Source: Paraphysomonas bandaiensis
Lineage: Eukaryota; Protista; Chrysophyceae
Direction: 5' to 3'
Assembly (NCBI GenBank): GCA_965644295.1
Contig: CBFFRP010000375.1
Coordinates: 1-64,000, forward strand
Length of the DNA: 64,000 nt
Shown: one piece after another, positions 10,347-23,966 of the stretch
How positions within the stretch are numbered: position 1 is the first letter of the stretch
Layout of the letters: the number at the start of each line of letters is the position of its first letter
The notes under the pieces: generated by a model
Told to the model about the DNA's origin: nothing
Seen by the model: the letters and a program-made list of their open reading frames with translations, nothing else
Database searches by the model: none
Position numbers and translations under genes: made by a program

Positions 10347-11894
10347 ATGGAAGCAGAACCAATAAACCCCTCTACCCCTTCTACAGTACGATGTGTTCAT
10401 CCTGGCAAAGAAGACCCTCGTCGATTCAATATTTTAGTAGTTGGAGAAAGCGGCATAGGTAACCCTCTTATCTCTAATGAACCCCTCTAACCCACCCCTT
10501 CAACCCTTCCATCAGGCAAAACAACCTTCCTTAATACTGTATTCAAAGCATATACAGAGAAAGATTGTAGTGTGGTACGTACAGACCGGACAGATGATAT
10601 AGTTGAAGTGGGACGTTTCTATGTGAAATCGGATGGAAATGCCTCTGATTTTGATGTAACGCTCTTTGATAGTCCTGGTTATGGTGATTTAGTGGACAAT
10701 CAGGTTAGTGAGAGGGGTATACAGTATATAATGAAGTGTATTATGGTTTTATGTATGCAGGTGTATATTGATACACTGTGTAATTTTGTTTCGGAGAGAC
10801 ATAGTCGATGGCTAGCACTTGAGAATGATCTGAGCGAAGCTGAACGACTTATTCGAGATGACCGAGTGCATTGTGTAATCCACTTCATCGCACCTCATCG
10901 ATTGAAGCGACTTGACATATCATGCATGCGTCAGCTTCATTGTCTTGCTCCTACGGTACCTGTGGTGGCCAAGGCAGATAGCATGACCCCCGATGAGCGT
11001 CGTAAGTTTCTAGAATATGCACACGAAAAGTTGAACGAATTTTCTATTTCTTCGCCGTTTGGTCTCTGTAATTTGGCCGGAGAGAACTCTGATAGTGGGA
11101 AAGATAGTGCAGGTAGTGAGTCGATAGCTTGTGATGATGAAATTGAAGACGAAGTCATATATCCGTCCTTACCAGCCGGAAGTCCACTGACGTCCTCTGA
11201 TGAGAGTCCATGGATCCCACCCATCAAGACGTCAACAACTTCCTCAATTAATGTACCAACAGCAAATGAAAAAAGAAGTAATGCTACCCTCAGCAACGTG
11301 GAATCATCCCATCAAAGTGATATGCCTGTCCCTGGAGGTAATCATTCCCCAGAATCCTCGAAATTTACTGATGGCCAGGTTACGCTTTTCTGTGTTGTGA
11401 GTGATCCTTCCTTTCATCGTGTTTATCCGTGGGGCACCTGCGAAGTAGAAAATGAAGAGCACTCAGACTTGATGCAACTACAGAGGATACTTTTTGAAGG
11501 TAACCTGTCACTTGTGTGGAACTGACAAGAAATATGTTTTGAGAATTCTATCTGGTTCTCATGTGAGTGAGCAGGTGGGTACATGAGACGCCTTGTACGC
11601 ATTACCGACAAAATGACTCTATCTCTCCGCAACCCCAATACACCAGTTTTGTCCAATTTGCTATCTTTTTATCGTTACTTGTGTTCACCTTCCAAATCTA
11701 TTAGACTGAAGTGTGATGACGACGTATCCGCTGTCTGGATTTTTATTCTTATAGGCTTGATGTGTATCTGCTTTGGGCTGATAGCTTTACAGACATCCAG
11801 AGACTCTGTGTCTACTGAACAAGGAGCCATTCTGCGCGCAATGCTTCATAATGAATTAAGTCTTGGTATGGGACGAGGGTTTTGCCATGAGTAG
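10347..11894 (+). CDS. Septin GTPase with predicted C-terminal transmembrane helix (multi-exon)
   Basis: FNILVVGESGI-G-KTT P-loop split by intron 10459-10515; G3 DSPGYGD; DDRVHCVIHFIAPHRL; G4 AKAD; RVYPWGTCEVENEEHSD septin-unique element; last exon encodes AVWIFILIGLMCICFGLIAL. Confidence 0.9.
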
Positions 11895-12595
11895 GGACTT
11901 TTTTCTTGTTTATTATCGAGACATTTTTTTATTCTCGTATTTGTATCATTGTTTACTATGTTTATTCTTTTTAGCTCTTCTGTCGTGTTTGATTTGAGTT
12001 CGCTGGTGTTTCTAACTGCAGCTTGATTTTTTTGTATCACTTTATTTGATGAGACCTATCGAAAATGTTTACTAAGATTGAATTACTGTTTTTTAATTAA
12101 TTGTCGCCAATTATATATATAATATGATATTATGTATACGTATATACACGGTCAACATATTTGAGGCAAGATCATCGAATCCTCAGCATAGCAAGTGATA
12201 CAGGTGTCAATTCTCTCGGTACTGATTATTAAGCTCGTCTAGATCATTACCGTTTTGTTGAATTTCTAGATCCGTAGTTCGATTTTATAATCCAACCCAG
12301 CTACTCTTGTTGGTGGATAGCTGCTATGGCAATTATTTCGATCAGGATATCAAACGACAATACGCTGCGTAGATAAGAAGTATAATATGCACCAAATCAA
12401 ATATATATATGCCCATCAAACTTAAGATTATATTTCAATACATTGAAAAATTCGGAATACAACAATTTATTACATCACGGTGACATACTTTCAATACTGC
12501 TATGTACCACTCTAATATATAAATTTGAACAACCACAAGTACTCTAAAAAAAGAGACTAAACTTCTATGTTCACAAAAAATAGCAAAGAGCTGTT

Positions 12596-15500
12596 TCAGA
12601 CATGGTGAAGTTGAAGGGCAAACGACAAAAGTTGAGATGCATGATCTGCATCCTTTTGCAACTGCCGTGACGTCTTAGCGTGACGTGGATCAAACAACTT
12701 TCTCAGGTGTGGCTCTCTTGCAAGCCTCATGGCAAAGACGGCATACTCCTCAGCTGTTGTTGGCCAAGAAAAGCTATTCTGATTGACTAATTCTAATTTT
12801 AAAGACTGGGCAACTCCTACTGCGTAACTATTTGTACACTCTTGTAAATGGGGGGCAGACACCTAGTCACGAATTTGCATTATCAAGTTAACATTGAATG
12901 TTCGCGAAATTCACTCACCACAGGAACACCAGCAGCCATGGACTCAAGCACCGGCAGGTGCATGCCCACAGGGAAGGAATCCAACACAGCAACAGCATAC
13001 GATCGGAGAATGTGGAAAGTATGGTCATCTATAGGCGGTAGAAACCTCAGTCGGCTACCACAAAAATAGTTAACACAAATAACCCAGAAAAAATCACAAA
13101 CATACTTCACGGCGTCCCCTAACAGGGGGATGAGACGAGCACGCAAGCGTGAGGTGGCAGCGGTGGGCATCACAGGGTGGGTTTGATCATGTCGTACAGC
13201 GGGGTGGAGGGGAGGTAGCATGTCTCTACCCATCAGGGGAGATGTGAAGATGATCTACTCAAAAAATTCATCTGCTGTTCAAGAGTAACTTCTAACAACT
13301 TACGATTGCTAAGTGGTCTGTTTTCAATAGGATTGATATCGCAGCGTCCATCTCAGGATGCAGGTATCTCACAGACCCCGGGAAAAGGTACAAATGTGAG
13401 CGATTAAGTGGTGGTAATAGGAGGCGATCCTTCAGAGAGCGGTGAATAGACTTTGCGTTTACGTGTGTAAGAGCTGTACCTGAAGTTTAAGCCAGTCACC
13501 AGGTGTCCTTGCAAAGGTTGGAGCCGACTCCTTCCGCATTCTAGCAACCGGAGGAAGCCCTTCCAAGAACACTACCTATAGCCACAGTCATATCTACAAA
13601 CTTCAATATACAAGTACGTACTTGTTCGCTATACAAATTCTGTGGATGCTTGACCAATCCACCAGGAAGGACACACTTTGATCCCGTCCACAACACCTCC
13701 GGAAATACATAGTGATCAATGGTTTTGACACCCAACGTTCCACCCCAACCCCAGAGAGCCATTTGATAGGGCGCTAGACGGTAGTGGGCGAGAGCGAAAG
13801 AGCGACAGTCCTGTCCAGCATCAGCAAATATCACCACGTCTAAATCTGTGCGTCGAATTCGATACAACGTCTCCGTTCTGATTTTTGCATGAGCTCTACA
13901 CAGGAAAGAAATACAAAAGATAACCTATTTCCGGGGTATAAATTGACATGACCATTGAAGAGACTTTTGGTTCGCTCTGTGATAGTATCTCGAGGAGTAG
14001 GAAAGCACATAGCAATAAGCTCCACTCGAGATCTTACTGACCCTCTACTGGCCTCCAACATACCTGTAGACAGGTGAGCACATGCGAAGCACATTCTTAC
14101 ACTAAAGTCAGTAATACACGCAGCATTCAATAGGAATAATTTAGATGTGACAACGTGGAGACACATACCCACAACTATTCGTCCAGAGAGACTATCAAAA
14201 GATCCTGATATCACTCCCACCCTTAGCTTCCTATCTGCCTTTCGTCCTCTATCTCGGTCGAGGTCCTCAATTAACACACCTTCTCTTTTTCGCTGCACAG
14301 AAAACATTTCAGCCGCAGTTGGAGGCGGTATGTAGTGTTTCGATTGTGGGGAATTCGTGCTACACATATTGACATAAAATTCACTCAGTAAGATCGGCAA
14401 GGCCACAGGAGAGTATCCCATAAGAGCTTCTCGGCGGGGTGCATTGTATCCTACCAAGTGGAGTAATGGGAGTACACCCAGAACAAACCCACTGTCTTCA
14501 AATGACTCGCAGATAGATACGACAGAGGGGGACTTGAGTGCATCTCGGAGAATATATTTCTCTATCTGCATAAACCCAAAGAGTTATCCACGAAACTTAC
14601 TGAGAGTACGCTTGTATCTGACCTGGTTCTCGAAGTTATCCACTGATAGAGCTAGGGCTCTAATAGAAGTGTGCACGGGAGGTAGAGAAAGGGTGTATCT
14701 CAATCGGTGGTACATGGGATCCCATGGGGTAGCCGACATGGCGACATGGTGCTGGGCAAGATCGTAAAGACTTAGTTTTGATAGACTTACACCAAGCTGA
14801 AAGTGCTGCGCCGTGGTCAATGGGCGAGAAAGGTCCGTTGCTGATAGGTGGGAATCGGAAAGCTTTGCCTGTACTCTCACTCCGCCCTGAGCCTCACTCA
14901 AGAGCATCTCGAGGTATAACGCCTCTGTCTCACTCGTTGGTGGTGACCGACGGACAGTATGTACGACAGTTAGATTCCCCACAGTAGTATTACTATCAGT
15001 GACATCATGATGTGACCGTTCAGGAAGTCCAGCAAACGGAGCTACAAGATCATAAAACCTCTCTCCAAGAAGTGTGGTGTAGTTGGAAAGGGCTCGCAGG
15101 CCTCCATCCTCTTGAGAGGCCATCAGTACCTCTTGCGCAGCCCTAGATCGCATTGACGTCACATCAGTGGGACTAAGTGCTGACCTGTAAAAATGTTACG
15201 AAACAAAAAGGGTTGTTATGCTATATAACAAATACCACAGCTCCCGAGCCTGCATGCAAAGTGTTACATAAGAGCAGTGAAAAAAGGTACAGCATTAAAA
15301 TTCTACCTTCTCATAGTGCCCCTGAGAAAAGAAAAGCACTGAAAGTACATGAGATAACTTTTTTCCTACTTCAGATGTTGGAGTTATATAATAAAAGGCT
15401 TCCATTATGATAGCCTCTGCACGATCATGTAACAGTAACGCAGCATGTTCATTAGACATCTTCACACTAAGCAAAGAGATCGTATGTAAATGCTCTTTAC

Positions 15501-15660
15501 AATAAGTTGAATTATCTCTACATTTATACATATATTGCCAAAACTCTCGTGTGAGTGGATGTGATGGAGTTAGTGATAATGTATCATAGTAGTTATCATG
15601 TGATCCAATCACTGAACTAATGCACACCACTGCTATCAATAGTGCTCTTGAACCCACCAT
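12596..15660 (-). CDS. GT41 (O-GlcNAc transferase/SPINDLY-like) protein with signal peptide, multi-exon
   Basis: Motifs LRVGVIS, LDVVIFADAG...RLAPYQMALWGWGGTLG..TIDHY and VLDSFPVG...ESMAAGVPVVS match the GT41 catalytic lobes; hydrophobic N-terminus MVGSRALLIAVVCISSVIG. Confidence 0.7.
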
Positions 15661-16164
15661 TATTCTCGTGTACTCAAGAGTAGTTGTTATTCAATCAATA
15701 CTTGATGTACATGAGTATGGTGGGATACATTCAGCTCATGGAAATACTGATATGTAAATATATATGTATATAGAGAGAGACTGAAGATCAAGCTGACAGC
15801 TACACATACACTGCTGCTCTACAGGGTACTGCTACAGTGTATATACTGCTGTATGTTATCCACTCTCTCCTTATAGAATTATGGGGTTTTAGTAGAAAAG
15901 TACATCTTTTTCATATTGAGTGAAAACACAAGAGTTGTTGCATAAAAACAGGGAGTTTTTCCATAGACAGGTGGTGGCTATAGTTTCCACTCATTTCTTC
16001 ACAACTCCCCTCAGTCTCATACACATTCCCACATCCATAACAAACACATACATAAGAGATAGTAGAGAGAAGAGGAACTCTTTCATATCAGATTTGAATA
16101 GGGTTGTTACTGGCTATTAATCTCCTCTATTGTAATATTATTCATTGTAATTAACGGCTTTCGA

Positions 16165-16506
16165 ATGCTTCGGTTTCGAGCTCTCTCTATCGGTGTAAAT
16201 ATCAGGCGTGTGGCTTCTAAACAGATCCAGACAGCCACTCCTGTCATTACCTCTCATTCTTCTATTCTCAGTTCATTGAGTTATACTGGAATTTCTTTGC
16301 CTGGAAGTTCTGTTATACGCTCTAAAATCAGTGGCGCTCTTGTCAGTTTCATCAGTGAAAGCATTTTATTTTTGAAACGAACATTTCAGCCATCACTTAT
16401 CCGTAGAAAGCGAAAGCATGGGTTTCTGACGCGAAATAGCACAAGAAATGGAAAAAAGATTTTATATAGACGACGTACTAAGCAGCGCAGATATGTTTCT
16501 GTATAG
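16165..16506 (+). CDS. MRPL34: Mitochondrial ribosomal protein L34 (bL34m) with presequence
   Basis: C-terminal KRTFQPSLIRRKRKHGFLTRNSTRNGKKILYRRR is the L34 signature; Arg/Ser-rich N-terminal targeting peptide. Confidence 0.93.
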   Translation: MLRFRALSIGVNIRRVASKQIQTATPVITSHSSILSSLSYTGISLPGSSVIRSKISGALVSFISESILFLKRTFQPSLIRRKRKHGFLTRNSTRNGKKILYRRRTKQRRYVSV

Positions 16507-17856
16507 ATAATGTCTGCACAGGTTAGCGTTTTGTAGTTGATTGTGTATTCTCCCTACTCTTTTGCAATTTGAACAGGCAAGATAGTGAAGCGTATTTAAG
16601 TAAATACTGTTATATCAATTGACAGATATGCTGAATAGATTTATTTGCAGTCGTTCAGACTACAATACCTACGTTTGACTAGTATTGTTCCTACAGAGTA
16701 CAGCGATATTGTAGGAAAGCAACTCCATATATGACGCTTTATACATCAACCCAAGGCAGATAAGAATTCATGGGTGATTCAATACGGAATAACTGCTAGT
16801 TTATTCTAACAATGTTCAGCGGAAGTGCACCGATGAAACAATCATAATGGTGTACTACCTGCTAGTAGTTTTGATTTTGGTATTCAATGCATTTTTTCAT
16901 TTATTTGAAAGAAATGAAGTTTTTTTTAGAAAATATTATGTCGTTGCACTTAGATATATCCATGTACCAAGCATTCGATACTCGATTATCCTTTAGATGG
17001 GTCTGAAGAATTGTGCTAGCAATGCTTGATGTATAAGGCATCATGTATCATTATCAATCGTATTTTCCAAACACTGATGTATCATAGGACGATACATACG
17101 TTATCATTATCAAGCTTATTCATCATTGCATCAAGCTATCACTTTTACGATCACTCAGCAGCCACATTTATATTAGTGCAGCCTATATGCTATCATTTTG
17201 GCCTATCTGTAAGGGACAGACACTAAACACTTATACTGGTGTAAGCACCATTATTCTACTTGTTTCCCGACTCAGATAAGGCACATTCTATACAAGCAAT
17301 CAGATTATCGTAGGTAAATTCCTAACGCTTCCGGTTGCGTTCATTGTTGTGTCGCCAATGGCGCTTGGATTCAAATTGCTGGAATCATCTGAGCTTCTAG
17401 ACTCCAAAGGAATATCTGTTGTTGGTGTGAAAGTTCTTTCAACCTGTCAATGACTCCTTCTCATCGCACTGCCCTGTCAATTGAGATCACGAAGAGATTG
17501 ACTTTCCGGAAGTGAAGAACAAATACAACACATCTAATATCAGTGTAGTAAAATACTTTTTTTAAATACTTTTTAAAGATTGGATTTACTCTGTTGCTTT
17601 TGTACGTAACTAACTATCGACAGTACATAGCTAGTTGAACACTCAAAATCTTTGTGATGATCATATATAGGCTTGTTGATTCAATTCATTAGAACGTTAC
17701 TCAATAAAGAAATATAAGTCAAATATTATACTGATAGAGACTCAAAATAAGAAGTCAACGCTATTTATACCAAAATCAATAACCGTACATAAGTAATAGT
17801 TATTCACATGGTTAACATGTAAGTCTGCTAAATATAGCTCACGTCTATTCCTTACG

Positions 17857-19398
17857 CTACTTCCTGTCATTTCCCGCGTCATTTTTCCCGGCATCGGGGC
17901 GCGATCGCTTATCATCCATTCTCCCTGAGCTAGTAAATTGCTGCAATGCTGCTTGCATGAGTGGGTCGCTCTGATCCACACCGACGGATCCTAGCAGCTC
18001 ATTTACAAAGCTCGGATCGCTGACAGCATTTTCCCTCCCACCAACAGACGGTGAATTTGCTTCAGACGATTGGTCTTCTGATGTATCTTCCACAGACTTT
18101 CGAAGAGCCATGCAAAGCGCATCATTCTCTTCCTTTTCATTCACACCACAGCCCTCCATCTATAAAGCATTCAAATTAACGACGCGGTTATATTTAGACA
18201 TGTGTCCTAAACTTCAATACCTTGACAGAAGTGACTTCATCTGAAGTTGGTTCAGTTATGTTTTCTGCGAGGGCCACAGGAGAGCCGAAGTCCTTCATAG
18301 AAAGCACTAAAGCGGCCTGTAGCAGTGCATCTTCGTCATCACCATCCGCAGCCAATGTTGACGAGGTTACAGTTGGAACAGAAGTAGATGTGGTATCCTT
18401 GGACGCTTCATTTGATGTTCCAGATGATGCGGAAAAACACACCCGGGAGTCTTCGTTCGTGCGAGCTTCTTCCGCAGACATACGGATAGCCATGGCCAGC
18501 TCAGGGTCAAGAGATGGATCAATTCCTCCATACTCGGCAAAAGGTCCTCCACCAGTAAAACTTCTTCTATCCGCTGCAGAAGCTGTCATTGCCTGTGCTA
18601 GACCTCTATCATCACCCTGGAAGATGGGTGAGGAGATGAGTGCGACCGAAGGAAGGACGCCGGACGGAATAACAATCAGGTGACTGTATCGATAGTCAGT
18701 TAGTGGCACACAGCTTTTTATCCTTAGCGGAAGATCTAAGAAAAGTTACCTGTTATTGTTGCTACTTGCAGCTTGGACAAACATCGTTAGCTTTTCTTGA
18801 ATATCATCGTGTTCGCCCATGATAACCACATCTACAGCTATGTTATTCTTCTTTAGCAATAGTCCAACCTTCTTCAACTCTTTTGGCTCTTCTTGTATTG
18901 GGCTCCCAACAAATATTATTATTCTTCGGCCACCGTTCTTGTTTTTCCTATGCTTCAGTGCCAGTTGAGCGATTTGAATGGAGGTGGAAAACTGTGTCTT
19001 CCCTGTCGATGTTATTCCTGCAAATGCAGCCAAAATTTTGCTAATATTCTCCGTCGGCGACACTAACATATCAACCCTACATGGAGTAAGCAGTGATATC
19101 AAGTACACCATAACTAATTTAATAACTTCTCACCCTTTCCCAGCCATAGTCAATAGCCCCACTGTATTCTCAGGATGTGAGTCTGTTCTGGACGTACAAA
19201 TCAAACTGACTGAATGAGAATATCACTATACTAATATGGCCATAAGGTCATGTTACCTGCATCTTGTTGAGCATCCAGACGAGTGGGTATAAAGTCTCCA
19301 TTACGCATCCATTCAGAGTTATCTAAACTACACATAGCATGACATACATACATAACAATACACATCACAAACCATATCATAGTCGCCTCTAAAACCAT
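17857..19398 (-). CDS. RPN10: 26S proteasome ubiquitin receptor RPN10/PSMD4, multi-exon
   Basis: Spliced start [29 protein letters not shown]; vWA motif [23 protein letters not shown]; [20 protein letters not shown] followed by further UIMs. Confidence 0.95.
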
Positions 19399-21146
19399 AG
19401 TAATGCTGTGGAAATAATAGACCAGGAGAAGGTAATTGAATACAGAGGATGGGTGTTCCTCTATGGGAGAAGGTGGAACAGTGGAGCAGCGGAGCAGCGG
19501 ATCTATTTATGATCTATCGACAGAAGTATCATCGGGCTGTTTATATCGTACACAAGTACACATACAGCAGCTGTGGAGGTGTGTCCATATGTGACCTCTC
19601 TGTACACCAGGTACAGACGTATATGGAGTCGTACAGTAGGAATTCCTACAATTGTCGGCAGTGTCGCCCACTATACAGCAGTATACGGTATACATGTATA
19701 TAAGATACAGTGCAAAGATATCACACCGCCCGTTGCTTGTATCTTTCCTCTAAGAGTAAATCCTTCGTATAGAGGAACGTCTTTCTCATCAACTGCGCTG
19801 TGTTAGACTACTAATTAATTAGATTATAGTATTACGTTACGACTGTTGTTGCATTGACACAATTTGAAGGTACCCTAAGACCACCGTTCATGTTGCAACA
19901 CCACACAGACACTTGTATTGCATTCCCAACAAGCGCTCGCTTCATGATATTGATGGTTACACTAGTTGCTTTTAAGACAATATATAGAATGATCAACACT
20001 CCGCGATACCTGTCACTAATACAGTTATGTACTATTCAGGTTTCTGACTCTCAGGGTGCATTTGGATTCTTCTGCAGGTATTGCAGAAAGACAAACTATG
20101 TAGACGGTTCTAATATGATAGCTAGCTTTTATGTCACAGATAGAATCACCTATAGTATGTACGAAAAGTAACGTAAATAACTTTGTTTCGACTTTGATAT
20201 AGCTTACTCGCTGTGCTCTATGCCATTGAAAGTCGCTATGGCATACTCCTCAATAAATGAGTTTTATCCCTCAAATCTATAATTAAATTCAACATGTAAT
20301 TTAGATGGTCAGTGTCTTAATTCCCATGTTGATCAGTATACCAATGCCTCTGGATCGAAGGACTAATAAAGGTAGTTGAAGGTAGAAGACTGCCTCGACT
20401 CCATTGTGCTCTCTCTTTGGAATGATGACCAAGCTAGTAATATACGTAACTGGATACTCATTGCCCGTTGAGACAGATGCCACACAGACTTAAATCAATA
20501 GTGGTCTGTGTGCCAGAGATAGTGGAGAGACTACCGTACTGGAGGAAGAAAGATCTATGTATCCGAACTTATACTGCACTGGCTGTCTCGAATAGCCTAA
20601 TCAGACTGACTCCATTGTCGGTAGTACAAACTATGTCGTGACCACTCATTAAAAGTGTTGTGATGAGACGCAGTACGTTATACTTTTAAATGCTTCTGAT
20701 GAATATTTTCAGTCTATATCTATTATATACTAGTATCTAAGACTGGACTCTGTTCAACACCTAATACAGTATCGTCCTACGAGTACGCCTCGTTTCATAA
20801 TTTGTGATTTATATGTTGTCGTTGATATAGCTATGTGTATAGAGTTCAATTTATGAATGCACCTTACATTCAAAGTTTTAAGTATACACTTGTGGTCGTA
20901 GAACAAGAGAATTCTTAAACGAAACCGCCAGAAACAGAACAGGGTGAATATATTGATTCTATATCGCAAATGTTAGCTATCAAAACGCAGCTGAACATCG
21001 CATCGACAACGGAATACCGATCAGCAATCATAAATGTTTAACACTATTATAAGTATATTAATTAAGTCGTTTTACAATACTTCCATATACTCTAATTTGC
21101 AGTCGCCACAATGAATGTCACATATAAATGATGTATTTTCTCTGTA

Positions 21147-21487
21147 TTATCCAGCTGTCCACTTCAAAGCGTTTTCACCTCCAGTCTCCCTGTTCTTTTT
21201 TTGAGCTTCCTCCAACTTCTTCTGCTTAGCTTTCAATTTTTCTCCGCCCCCTCCCTGTCTGGTGTAAGGCTAGAAAATAAAATATAGAAGCTATACAACC
21301 TGCGCAAAATTTTTACTTCTTGCTTCAGCGGCATCTGCTGCTTTCTTCCGTCTGTTTTCTTTCTCTTCATCTGTTAACTGCTGAGGCATGTACACCATAT
21401 TATGACCTTACTTTAATCGAATATATTTTCTTTTACCGGAACATAGTCATCAGATGATCCACAGCACGACGCACAAAGAGCTCCCAT
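21147..21487 (-). CDS. SVIP: Small VCP-interacting protein (SVIP)-like, 3 exons; not in the ORF track
   Basis: Spliced translation MGALCASCCGSSDDYVP|QLTDEEKENRRKKAADAAEARSKNFAQ|GGGGEKLKAKQKKLEEAQKKNRETGGENALKWTAG*: myristoylation Gly2 plus Cys, an Rx5AAx2R VIM motif, and a C-terminal LKW as in SVIP. Confidence 0.8.
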
Positions 21488-22742
21488 CGAAATGACTATA
21501 TGTGGACCTTCAGTGTATGTTTGTAAATAATCTAATTAACACACTTGTAATAATAATATTCACCCTTAAGATATTAAGAGGTCAAAGAATTTAATGGTAC
21601 GTGAAATGATGCAGCTGTGATTTTGCACAATGAAGATAGTGTCCGTGTTTTTAGGCTTTAGTTTTATGAGATATTTTTAGGTGAAAAAATTGGACTATAT
21701 AGAAATTCAGACTACAACACCTCAAAAAACAAAACATTTTTACAAGATTCTTGTTAATAATGTAAAAATCTTAGGGTTTTTGAGCAGCGTGAACAACACA
21801 GACACAAAAGTACTGCCTGCTGTGTAGATAGACGAGTACGAAGGAATCCTAGAGGATCTCAAGATACTGTTCGTTGAGTTGTTTTCCAACCAGTCTGTGT
21901 ATGCCTGTCACGCAGATGGGTGGTAAAGTTGTCCCCAATAATTATGTACAAGGTAGTATATGATTTATAACCACAACGTGCAATGATGTCCCAGCCCCTA
22001 CTGCGGACACCAGTAGAAGTGACAGATGATCTGATGTATTATTATTAATAAATCTATAGTATGAGTGTTGTAAGCTGGTCGCATTAAAACCGATAAGAAG
22101 TTACACTCCTACTAATGGAAAGACACAATCAGAGTGGTTGGAAGGAGAGTTATATTGTTGATATTAATCGAATGATAGTGAGGAAGAAGTATTCCAGAAT
22201 TGTAAACTTGAATCAAATTGCGAAAGAAATGGACACTTATTGTGAAAAGCTTTGGTTTCGTAATTATGTTGTGCTATAATGCAACAATCATGAAAGCTGT
22301 TTGTGACAATCGTGTTTGCAGTATTCTGACAGGACAATATAGCGAATTCAAGTATGAGTATATTGTTTGGAAAGTTACACTTCCATCAATACACGGAGCT
22401 AACTAGAAGCATTATTTTGATATTAGACGATATTAATTACTGTGATAGAGCTGTGCATGAATCATACTGCCCCATTCCGACTGTATGACCATTGTCTAGG
22501 CTTGCTGGTACATCATCTAACAACAACGTTTTGCGCTGCTTCTACACAGTCACCCACCCACCCATTCACCATCTTGGCTAACCATGCAGATCGCGCGCAT
22601 ATTCTATTAGAGCCATTCATACGCCTACTGAAAATGAAACATAAATAATCATTTGAATGTCAACAATATGCAATCTGTTTTGAGTTTTTTATTTCAGAAT
22701 TCATAATACAGAAAATGTGTGATGTTTATAATATAATATACT

Positions 22743-23085
22743 ATATAGTGTTACTAAGTTGCTACTAAGTGTGAATAGAAGTAAGTGTTACTAAGTAAGT
22801 GTCGAAAGGTTATGTAAGTAAAAGTTACGTTGTATCGAATATAATATAGTGTTACTAAGTTGCTACTAAGTGTGAATAGAAGTAAGTGTTACTAAGTAAG
22901 TGTCGAAAGGTTATGTAAGTAAAAGTTACGTTGTATCGAATGTTAGTTATGTAAGTAAAAGTTACGTTGTATCGAATATAATATAGTGTTACTAAGTTGC
23001 TACTAAGTGTGAATAGAAGTAAGTGTTACTAAGTAAGTGTCGAAAGGTTATGTAAGTAAAAGTTACGTTGTATCGAATGTTAGTT
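22743..23085. repeat. ~101-bp tandem repeat, 3 copies with an internal ~36-bp partial duplication
   Basis: Units starting ATATAGTGTTACTAAGTTGC at 22743, 22844 and 22981. Confidence 0.9.
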
Positions 23086-23966
23086 AATGGTAAAAATGAA
23101 ACAAACTAAGACTAAGGAACAGATAGCAAAAAATATTACTAAATAAGTAGAAACAAACGATGCAGGAAGCAGTGTTAAGTCAGCCGACGGAAATGAATTG
23201 GTTTCAGTGAGCTGGTCATGATACCGTGATGTCTCCGTTCGGCTGTTCGAGCTGCCACATGCTGCTGCTCGTTTAAAGTATCCATTCCCTTGCGGCGAAT
23301 ATTAGTAACGAATCATTTCATCCAGTGTATCTGGACAAGTAAGAGCATGCAATGTCTGATAGAAGGGATCAGGACTGCGGTCTTCCATGATCGAACACTC
23401 TGCAGGATCGTCAGGCAAGGGAGTAAAATCTTCCTCAAGCTCCAGAGCGCAAGTAAAACTCCAGGATTGTCAGGCAAGGGAGTTTTACTTGCGCTCTGGA
23501 GTATATTCTGGATACGAGTGTATGTATGGGAGTTCTATGAGCTCTACTGGGATGCCCTTCGCGCTAACGAGAACAAAAGCGTCGTTTTTCATCGTCTTGT
23601 CATGGAGCATGCCAATAAAGAAGTGTCACTCCAGGCAACACTCACTGTGAGGACACGAATCTTAGTCGTGATGATAACTCTGACTTGATTGCAGTGAAGT
23701 TGTGATTGTGTAGTAATCGCAAATGCTATGCGGCTGACTAAAGTGTGACGTCGAACAGAACATTGAAGTATGGGCAGGCACTGGTATATGAACAGCGTTT
23801 TGGAACTCCAAGAAGCAGATAGGGATGGTTTGAGGGAACAAGATACCATCATCCAGCTGAAATCTTGATGTCGTGCTGCAGAAACCGCAACTTCAATTAG
23901 ATAGTAGCGAATGCCACGCACTTAGATAGTGATTTCTTGGAATTCCAATAAGGCAACAATTCTGTG

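Noticed and set aside
17650-17740. Possible C/D snoRNA (GTGATGA...CTGA, ~80 nt, weak stem)
   Set aside because: No recognisable rRNA/snRNA guide; AT-rich 3' flank of RPN10 where such boxes arise by chance. An Rfam/snoScan run would settle it.
20280-20710. GC-richer intergenic stretch with hairpin CACACAGAC/GTCTGTGTG and repeated GACTCCATTGT; considered RNase P/MRP, U3 or telomerase RNA
   Set aside because: None of the diagnostic conserved boxes could be identified.
21700-21716. AATTCAGACTAC resembling RNase P RNA CR-V
   Set aside because: No matching CR-I/P4 partner upstream; AT-rich promoter-like context.
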